Shown here: in pieces, positions 14,100-22,961 of the stretch
Layout of the letters: every line of letters starts with the position of its first letter
How positions within the stretch are numbered: the first letter of the stretch is position 1
NCBI GenBank assembly: GCA_004022145.1
Contig: RCNU01000015.1
Origin: Paecilomyces variotii
Lineage: Eukaryota
Length of the DNA: 64,000 nt
Direction: 5' to 3' (one strand)
Translations under genes and position numbers: made by a program
The notes under the pieces: generated by a model
Databases searched by the model: none
The model's input: only the letters and a program-made list of their open reading frames with translations
Told to the model about the DNA's origin: nothing

Positions 14100-15397
14100 A
14101 TGGTATACGGGAACGACTTCAGCGGCGGAGATGACTATGGTCGCTATGGCGGGGCAGGTTCCCAGATCCCCAAGACGGAGCTGGATCACATCGCCCAGCC
14201 GCCCGCCTACGCCAGCACGCCGGGAGCCGCGGGCCTAGAATCCCAGGGCGCGACGCCAAGGTCGAGATGGGACCCTCGTTCATGGGGTCTGAAGACCAAA
14301 CTTGCTGTGGCTGCTGCAGTGGTCGTTGCCATCATCGTGATTGTGGTAGGATCCGTGGAGGGTACAAAAGCGAATCGGTACCCGAATTATTCCAAGTTAA
14401 ATTATACCCTGAAAGAGACGTATTCGGGAACAAGTTTCTTTGATCAATTCAACTACTATTCGGGATATGACCCAGCGGCAGGTTTCGTCCAGTATGTCCT
14501 CTACAAAGTTCTTTTGGTTTGACCATGATCACTGACAATACATAGCTATGTGGACCAGGCCGGATCGGAGTATCTGAATCTGACTTATGCGTCGGAGGAC
14601 TCTGCTGTGATCAAAGTAGACACATCGAATGTCGATGCGTCTACCGGTCGAAGATCAGTCCGGATCACGTCGAAGAACACCTACAATAGCGGTCTGTTCA
14701 TCTTTGACATCCTGCACTCTCCCTACGGCTGTGGCACCTGGCCAGCGCTCTGGCTTTCCGATCCAGACAACTGGCCCACGAACGGGGAGATTGATGTCCT
14801 CGAAGCGAATAACGCTGCAACGACGGGGAACCAGATGACATTGCACACAACCAATGGTTGTAAGATGAATGTCAAGCGGAAGGAGACAGGAAAGGTGCTT
14901 GCCACGAACTGCTGGAACGAAACCAACAGCAACGAGGGTTGCGGCGTTCAGGGAAAGCCCGCTACCTATGGCGAAGCGCTGAACAACAACGGTGGAGGGG
15001 TAAAGATCTCCGACAGCTCGTCTGGATTCCGTCTTGCTAATCAATTCTACAGATCTACGCAACGGAGTTGAGAGATGCTGGTATCCGTGTCTGGTTCTTC
15101 CCGCGTTCTTCCATCCCTAACGATATCTCCGATGCGAATTCCACTCCGGACCCCTCTACGTGGGGAACTGCATTGGCTGACTTCCCCAGCACCGACTGCG
15201 ATATCAGTTCGCACTTCCGCAATCAGAGTATTATTGCTAATATAGATCTCTGCGGTCAACTGGCTGGCTTGGAGAAATTTTACACTGTGCAGTCTGGTTG
15301 CCCAGGAACCTGCACGGATTATGTGGCGAACAATCCAACAGCCTTTACAAACGCGTACTGGGAGTTCAAGAGCTTCAAGGTCTACCAGGCTTCCTAA
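14100..15397 (+). CDS. GH16 endo-1,3(4)-beta-glucanase, membrane-anchored (single N-terminal TM)
   Basis: GH16 catalytic motif GCGTWPALW...WPTNGEIDVLE; TM segment LAVAAAVVVAIIVIVVG; two introns at about 14493-14545 and 15000-15052. Confidence 0.92.
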
Positions 15398-15870
15398 AAG
15401 TTCTCGAGAAGTTTCGTTTGGGGGTTTCTCGCCATTCTTTTTTGAGTTCACGAAAATGTACGATAATAAGTATAATGACGGCGTTTAATGGGTCTAATGG
15501 TTTGGTTTCCGGTTGATGCCGTCACAACATGTGGATAGCTAGCTATAAACGACAATACATTAACTAATGTCTGATTATTCGTGTCTTATTCTCTGTTCCT
15601 CCACCTGTAGCAATCAGAATATTCACTCTTTACTGCGGGAAGAACAGTCCATTTTGACTGTTAACTTATGCATTCATTGCCCTGGGCGGGGAAAGGATAA
15701 GTGAAGGAGAGGAGTGAGGAATATCTATTCAGCGCATTCTCTCTCCATATATTATTCCTTCTTACTCCTATTATCCTCCTCCACTTTCATGTATTAAAAG
15801 AAGAAATTTGGGCAAAATTTGCAGCTCACCTCACGCATATTTCTTCCAGATCATAAGTGATGCATCGAAC

Positions 15871-16320
15871 TACAGTAACAACCTGGCTATAACGAACCCG
15901 CGTATAACGAATACCTCGACATAATGAATTTGACACCGTGTCAAAATCAAAATTCTATACAAAATTCGTTATCCCTCCTTACTACAAAAATCGTTCATTT
16001 CTTTTTCAGGCCTTGCTTATACAATTCATTATATGAAGGTACCCACAAATTTACCTTATTTATCAGTAATTACCTTATCAAAAATTCCCTAATTAGGGAA
16101 ATTTTATTCGAAAATTTCAATATTCATACCTATATACAACGAATGGGTTTGGTTTTTATGCCACTAGACCTCGATTTCTTCATCAAGTTTAAGATAATAG
16201 ACAGAGACCGCTGTAAGAAAGCAGCTAAGGAGTGGTTTCCTTTAAAGTAAATGGCCCCTATTTTTAAAGACTATAAGCAATATTAAGTTGAGCAGGGTAT
16301 TATCACCGCCGATGCTATTG
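15871..16320 (+). mobile_element. Truncated pogo/Tigger-like (Tc1-mariner superfamily) DNA transposon left end
   Basis: TA followed by CAGTAACAACCTGGCTATAACGAA, with subterminal repeats TATAACGAA (x2) and CATAATGAA, typical of pogo/Tigger TIRs. Downstream decayed frame DYKQY*VEQGIITAD resembles the segment preceding the first DDD aspartate of pogo transposases. No convincing right TIR. Confidence 0.6.
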
Positions 16321-17727
16321 GCGGGAAGTATCTACCTATATTCATTAAATCCTATCTGCATGTTGGTCGATTTGATTTCAATATAACCGAAGCATTTTCA
16401 AAACCCAGAGAGTGGCACGGCACCCCCATGGCTTCTATTCGCAGGTGTATCCACGCACTTACGGTAGTAGCCCCCGTCTTGGCATGAGGAACCCGGCAGC
16501 TTCAGCCTGTTCAGCCTTAGACCATATGTGTCGGTTCTTCTTCTTTATCTTCGCGAAATCGGCCCCGAGGGTGTCTTTGCCCATGCACTATAGGTGTATA
16601 AAGAAAGTATTCCTTATAAGGTTATAGTTTTCTACCGCACGATTTACTTCGCTAAGGGCTTTATAAAAATTTTATATATATATCTTTTTTAGGAGTTCTG
16701 CGGCCTAAATCTATAATTATATAAAAATCTCTTCCAGTAATAAAAAAAAAATATCCGGTAATAATAAATAGTTGTCCTATAGGATTGTCCGACAATATGG
16801 AGATAGCTAGGTTACTGTTATGAGTGTTTAAGTTAGCGTTGGTATTTGCTTTTAGGGCGCGTACTCTATATGCATGACCTGCAAGGCATGTCTGATTCCA
16901 CTATCACTAAAGCTAAATTCAATAATCTTATAATAGCCTATCCATAACCCTATTTGCCTTCTCTAGCATTTTTTGAAATTTAGTGTCTTAGAAAGCCATA
17001 GTCATAAAAAGTCATGTGTGCTGGGGAAGTCGTAAGATTAAGTCAGTATGAATGAATTCAGTAAGGATAAAATTATATTTATCCCTCAGGGCGCAGAACT
17101 CATTAAATCTCTACGGTCGACTGCTGAGTTGGCCTTCATCACCCCTCTGGAGCCCTTATCACCAGCACTCATACTAAAACATCATGCCGCCGCCTTAGAG
17201 GCAAAAAGGGCTTTCCGGCGATTGACCATGTTCTACAATGGGCTTAAGTACGGCTGAGCGGACGGGAAGCCCTGTTTTCCACACCCTATGGTCGTATGTG
17301 ATAGTTCTTTACTTCAAGGGAATCATATAGTGAGGGTAGGGATAGGGAATGTTGCATTAACGTAGAGTATACAGAATGTTTACCAGTACTGTGTTGTAAT
17401 ACTGCCATATATGAGCTTGGATGAACATGCAGGATGATTGATCAGACGGTATTTGAAGCTTATAGTTAGTCAACAGAAGGATCAAGCATCCGGGAGTTCC
17501 TCAGCAGCTCTGGACACGACGCCTCGTTCGAGGGCAACAATAGCACAGACACTTTCCGTGGGGATCCTTATCGATATAGGCTCTACGCCAGGGTTTATGT
17601 CGTATACAGAGACAGATATACGTTTTTCATCATACCAAAGATCAATACAACTTGCAAGTTCCAATCACCAATGAATGTTCTTCTATAGTCATGTTGTTTT
17701 TGGGAGATACATAAGACTTGTCAACCC

Positions 17728-19446
17728 TTACAGTCTTGCCTTTACATCCGCGTCTTCCAAAGACGATAGTCCAGTCCTATACTCCCGTAATCGATTCCGT
17801 AGTATCTTTCCCGTCGGGTTTCTAATGATGCGCGTAACTTCCCAGACACCACCTCGAAGCTTCTTGTAGCCACTAACTTGGTCATTGATATCTTTATGAA
17901 TTTGACGAAGTGCGCACACCTTCTCGGAGAGCGTTGTGAACAGCTTCTTCAGAACAACGTACGCGATAGGCAGCTCCGTAAGCTGATCTTCTTCCCATAC
18001 TGCTGCGACACCTGCTTCAGCGACATATGGGTGCGAGTTGAGATATGCTTCGAGTTCTGTCGGGCTAATTTGGAAATTCTTGTATTTTATCAGCTCCTTC
18101 GTACGTCCAACAATGGATATTAAGCCAGTTTCCGTAATAGTACAGATATCCCCCGTGTTGTACCATCCTGGAATCGGAAATGCTTTTCGGTTCGCCTCTT
18201 CATTAAATGCGTATCCTTGAAAGAGGTTGGGACCGCGGATCCAAAGCTCTCCCGGTCCACCTTTGTTTGCGTCATGAGTTGAGTTCTCTTGCTTCAATAC
18301 CGCTTCAATGTTGGGAAGTAGGTGCCCAACAACTCCATCTGGAAGATCTTCATCAAGCCTCTGGTATGCGATAAAAGGCGCTGCTTCTGTCATGCCATAG
18401 AGCTGAATTGGTTTCCAAGGTGCACGACTCAGAAGTCTGTCCATTAGATCTTGCTTGAACGGCGCACCACCACAGTTAATGATTTGCGCGCTCGAGAAGT
18501 CATATTTCTCGCATATGTCTGTATGAGCGAGAGCTAACACAATAGACGGCACACCTTGGAAACTCGTTGCGGAGTTCGACTGTACAAGTTGTCCGAAAGT
18601 CTCTAGATCAAAACTTGGCATTGCATGGTGCATCATGCCCGTCCATGGCCCGAAGAAGAGCGGCATTGTGGTCATGCCTATGTGCACAAATGGTGTGAAG
18701 GCGACTGTTCTACTCGCCTTATGGAATTGTTTGGGATCGTGCGCGTATAATTGATGACAGTTGGCGACGAAGTTGTAGTGTGTCAGCTGTGCACCCTTAG
18801 GCAGACCGGTCGTTCCAGAAGACAAGTGTATGGATGCTAGACGTGTGGACGTATCCTCCCAATGCGGAATCGGTAGACTTGTTTCTGCCATCAAATCTTG
18901 TGGCAAGTGCTTGTATCCCTTGACTTTCTTGCCTGCGGTTATAACTTGCGGTCTTTTCCAGACAGTACCCTCTTTCTGTAATGCATTCCTTGCGATTTCG
19001 ATAGCTTGCTCAACTTTCGGCAATACTTCTCCATAGACGATAACAATGTGAGGTCGTGAGACACAGAGTCCATGAGCGATCTCAGCTGGCTTCAATGCGT
19101 GGTTGATCGGGCAGGCTACACCTCCAGTCCAGAGCACTGCATGGAAAGTCTCTATATAGTCTACTGAATTTGGAATAATAATAGCGTGTCGATGGCCGTC
19201 TTGCGCATCTAACACGCATCGCAGGCCTTTTGCTAGTCGCCCAGCCCGCGAGCGAAGTTCTCCAAGGGTCAAACTGCGATTTGTGAGGTTGTCCTTGGCG
19301 ATCAAATGTGATGGAGGCAGAGGAGGTGTGCATGCGCTTGTATGAAGCAACTCCGTGAGGTTGATGTTGCGAGGAATGGTAATTTTAACTGAGGAGCGAT
19401 ACACATGTTGAGGCTCCTTGGTGTACATGGCTTTATCGAGCAACAT
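17728..19446 (-). CDS. 4-coumarate:CoA-ligase-like acyl/aryl-CoA synthetase (ANL superfamily), intronless, PTS1 -ARL
   Basis: AMP-binding motifs LSSGTTGLPKG, YGMTE, YNTGD, GRTKELIK and PTGKILR; C-terminus VKARL. Start is ATG 19446 or 19428. Confidence 0.92.
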   Translation of the reverse strand: MLLDKAMYTKEPQHVYRSSVKITIPRNINLTELLHTSACTPPLPPSHLIAKDNLTNRSLTLGELRSRAGRLAKGLRCVLDAQDGHRHAIIIPNSVDYIETFHAVLWTGGVACPINHALKPAEIAHGLCVSRPHIVIVYGEVLPKVEQAIEIARNALQKEGTVWKRPQVITAGKKVKGYKHLPQDLMAETSLPIPHWEDTSTRLASIHLSSGTTGLPKGAQLTHYNFVANCHQLYAHDPKQFHKASRTVAFTPFVHIGMTTMPLFFGPWTGMMHHAMPSFDLETFGQLVQSNSATSFQGVPSIVLALAHTDICEKYDFSSAQIINCGGAPFKQDLMDRLLSRAPWKPIQLYGMTEAAPFIAYQRLDEDLPDGVVGHLLPNIEAVLKQENSTHDANKGGPGELWIRGPNLFQGYAFNEEANRKAFPIPGWYNTGDICTITETGLISIVGRTKELIKYKNFQISPTELEAYLNSHPYVAEAGVAAVWEEDQLTELPIAYVVLKKLFTTLSEKVCALRQIHKDINDQVSGYKKLRGGVWEVTRIIRNPTGKILRNRLREYRTGLSSLEDADVKARL

Positions 19447-20874
19447 GCAGATCAAGGTATAGGTAATGATGTAGGGATAGGGACAAATAGTCTGTAGATC
19501 TCAACACGAAGAAAAGCTCGAGTATCTTGTATGGCACTGCGAGGTAACTCTGCTTCTATTTTACCATAATGCTGAATAAAGAATGGCTTAAAGGTCGCTT
19601 TCAATCGACACTCGGTAAGAAAGGCATGTTGGCCCGTAAGCCAACTAGATCCACTTATGCACATCCAAATAGATTGATTTGTGAGAAGTCTTCATGGAGT
19701 GTTCTAGCACAGTAAAATAATGCATCGTCGTTGTAACCTAATGACTCGGTCTCGGTTGTACTCCCTACAGTGTGATAGTGATAACAACAGCGTTACCGAA
19801 GATGTATGTATCTAGACCACCTGGTCTAAAGGCAAGGGTCCCACGTTCTCCTCTAGATCTTGACAGGGATTGCCATGCAGGCTTATACAAAAGTACGATA
19901 TTATTGCGCCGTTGTTTAGACGCTCCCGGTTTCCGGGCCATCGTCGCTCACATCATTTCCCAAACGGCTACTTATCCTTTACGGCGGGTTGCAACTTCAG
20001 AGACCACGACCCACAAAGATGATGGGAGTCCACGGAATACGGAGTAGAAGGGGGTCAGAATTCATCCTGTTGAAGGTGATACTGAACTAACAATTCAATG
20101 TTTGTGACATCGCTCCTCTTAAGGTTTGGTGGATGTGCTGGGCACGAGCCGGTCGGTATCGATATGACCGATTCGTTGATATCCTAACAACATGCCTTCC
20201 AGCACATGGTGACAGGCATGGAACCAGATTATCCCTGTGAAATCTAGACAGGTCTAGGGTATAGGGCGGGGTCGTCTCCTGCTGGTCGTCAGATGGGCAT
20301 TGTCACAATCTATGGCTCGTTGCAGCGAAGAAGATGGAAATTATCTCCTTCTGAACCGCAGAAGTTGCACATAAGTAATTAGGTAATTAGTTCCGCAGAA
20401 TATGCTATCACTAGATAGAGTTCTTATTAGTACTGGAAGGCTGTATACGCAACGGCATAGCAACTAATAAGTCTGTTGTGCCTGTACTGAAGCCGTCCGA
20501 TGTATTGCGAAGACCGGGTCCTTCCATGAAGTTTAGAATCGAGCATATACACGCCACTATCGATTCCTGGCTGCGTTATCTTTGAAAGGAAGCCGGCAGT
20601 GCGACTTGAAAACCCCATGTGAAAGGATCGAAGGTTCGCTTCGGTGATATCAACCCCTGGATTAAAGCAGGGATTAATGCAACTAGCGATTCTGGAAACA
20701 GACCTTTCCTGTCCGATATTCGCAGAAGAATTCCCCGATAGAAACAGATACTATATTAGACCGCACAGTCGGTCCTTCACGCAGCACGCCTGATAAATCA
20801 TTATCCTATCAGCGGGGATATCTTCCGTGTCTGCTCGTTTATGGATGATAGCCGCATACTTCGCTGGTGTCACA

Positions 20875-21490
20875 TCCAGGAAAACCAAACTGGAGGATTC
20901 TGCTCTTTGGTCGAATAGCGCCGATAGCTGCTGCTGATGATGATCTATAGTACTACAGAACCTACTTCATTCCAACGCTGGCACCGGAAATTCAACATCA
21001 GCTGGCAGGGTATTGAACTAGATAAGCCGCTTGTGGTATCATTCAAATCTAGCCCACCCAGATGTTTTGACTTTCCAACAGTGCCACAAGCTGTGTGATG
21101 CGGCCCTGGTAGTCTCGCCAATAGAAGTTTGTGTCTTTTCCGTTATTAATATTGACGCATATTCTGTTAGATCTAGACAGACCAAACTGGAAGATTCTCC
21201 TTTTTGTTCGAATGGCCTAGAGCCAATACATTACTATATTCCTATCCCACGCCGATCCTAGGATGTTTGTTGCTAGGGTCAGATGCATATCCGTGGAGGT
21301 TCTCATTCTGTATTATTGCGGCGCGGTGCTGGCATCCGAACCGCAACTGTCACGCTACCAATGCACGAATATTGGCACGGACAGTAATTTCATTCATGGT
21401 TTCCCATTTAACGCAAGTAGATGATTTCAGACCCAGGCAGACCGAACTGGAGGACTTTCCTTTTTTGTCGAATGGCCTAGCGCTAATAGA
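20875..21490. repeat. Three dispersed imperfect ~50-60 bp direct repeats (spacing 297 and 260 bp)
   Basis: ACCAAACTGGAGGATTCTGCTCTTTGGTCGAATAGC at 20884, ACCAAACTGGAAGATTCTCCTTTTTGTTCGAATGGCCTAG at 21181 and ACCGAACTGGAGGACTTTCCTTTTTTGTCGAATGGCCTAG at 21441. Confidence 0.8.
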
Positions 21491-21634
21491 TGTGTCCCGC
21501 AACTGATCTGTGACATCTCGAGGGGGAAAAGGAGACTTGGCCTTCCATTCCCAGCTGCAATTTGGTATTATCGTGTCTTCTTAAATTGTCTGTATACCAA
21601 CAGAAGAAAACATACGTGGAGAGTCTAGAATGGT

Positions 21635-22486
21635 ATGAACGACTTATCAACCATGGCACCAACAGTGATCCCACCTCCACCAACCCCCAACTTTCTCCAG
21701 CTTTCTTATCCTGCCCCCCGCATCTTATTAGTGGTCATGGCGCGCGAAGAGAGCCTGAACTGCATGAACACAGCGGCCCAGTGGGAGATGGACGCTGTTT
21801 GGAAATGGCTTGATGACGAGCCTTCCCTATCGGTAGCCGTTATCACCGGGGCAGGCAAGAAAGCATTTTCAGCCGGGGCTGATCTCAAAGAATGGAACAA
21901 TTCCATGGGAGAAGATTCCGACGTCCGAAATCGCATTGGCAATGCACCGGCTTTCAAACCCCTCAGTCGACGACTAGGAAAGAAACCCATCATTGCGGCG
22001 GTAAACGGGCTCGCGCTGGGTGCAGGTGCGGAGTTTGTAGTTAACTGCGATCTTGTTGTTGCAGCTGATACAGCATACTTTGGCCTTCCTGAGGTCAAGA
22101 GAGGTGTGGCACCCATCGGGGGATGTCTTCCGCGACTTATACGGATCATTGGGCTCCAACGAGCATCTGAGTTCGCGTTAACTGGACGCAATGTGAGCGC
22201 ACAGGAGGCTTTGACATGGGGGCTTGTTAACAAAGTTGTCCCGCAGTCGGAGGTTGTCAATGAAGCGGTCAAATATGCAAGTATGATTGCTGAAAATAGC
22301 CCTGATGCTGTAATCTGCACCAGGGCTGGTCTCAGACAGGGATGGGAAACTGCAGCTGTGGAACGAGCTGTGGATATCACATTGGAAAGGGAATTTGCTG
22401 AACTACAGAAGGGTTCCAATATTCGAGAGGGGTTGAATGCATTTACCGGGAAGAGACCTCCTAGGTGGACAAGAAGTCGGCTGTGA
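21635..22486 (+). CDS. Enoyl-CoA hydratase/isomerase (crotonase; SidH/carnitinyl-CoA-dehydratase-like), intronless, PTS1 -SRL
   Basis: FSAGADLKEW, KPIIAAVNGLALGAGAE and FGLPEVKRG crotonase motifs; C-terminus TRSRL. Confidence 0.93.
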   Translation: MNDLSTMAPTVIPPPPTPNFLQLSYPAPRILLVVMAREESLNCMNTAAQWEMDAVWKWLDDEPSLSVAVITGAGKKAFSAGADLKEWNNSMGEDSDVRNRIGNAPAFKPLSRRLGKKPIIAAVNGLALGAGAEFVVNCDLVVAADTAYFGLPEVKRGVAPIGGCLPRLIRIIGLQRASEFALTGRNVSAQEALTWGLVNKVVPQSEVVNEAVKYASMIAENSPDAVICTRAGLRQGWETAAVERAVDITLEREFAELQKGSNIREGLNAFTGKRPPRWTRSRL

Positions 22487-22961
22487 AATTGATTTGCGGC
22501 GTACGAATGTAGTAGCTACGGACTTTCCTCAAACTATGGTTGATGAACCTAGTTATCTGATTTCTGTGGTTCATTTTTATTCATACATACAGACCCCGAA
22601 AAGGACTAGGGAATAGTCGAATGCCTGAAGATGCCTCAGGGTATTGAACTTTCAAATGAATTTCTGGAAGAATTTCTTGGGTGGGAGCGTGAGCAAGACT
22701 ACATAGTCATAACCGTAAAAGGGTATCCTCATCCAGAAATCAAGAGAACACTGTACGTGGAGCAAAGGAAATCACAGCTTTTATCATGTTTAAAAAGCAT
22801 GACGAAAGAGCCTTGGGCATCCCGAAAAAAAGGAAGATATTAGTGGAGTTAGAAAATCCCCGAGAATGCGATACTCGCCATAAGATTTCCCTCATAGTGA
22901 ACAAAATGAAATTCGTCACGGCCATCAGAGATACAGCCGGATAAAACCGCGTATGAGGAGC

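Noticed and set aside
16803..16817. Right TIR of the pogo-like element
   Set aside because: Only a short gapped match that lacks the TTCGTTATA subterminal repeats; may be chance.
20875..21490. CRISPR-like array
   Set aside because: Eukaryotic context, degenerate repeats, spacers over 200 bp and no cas genes.
21706..22419. 237-aa minus-strand ORF
   Set aside because: Antisense shadow of the enoyl-CoA hydratase.
17728..22486. Bona fide sidI/sidH siderophore cluster
   Set aside because: The ligase is 4CL-like with PTS1, and there is no NRPS, SidF/SidA or siderophore transporter in the window. Only family-level resemblance is claimed.
15871..22900. Starship giant transposon
   Set aside because: No DUF3435 tyrosine-recombinase captain or other typical Starship genes are visible, and the island is small.
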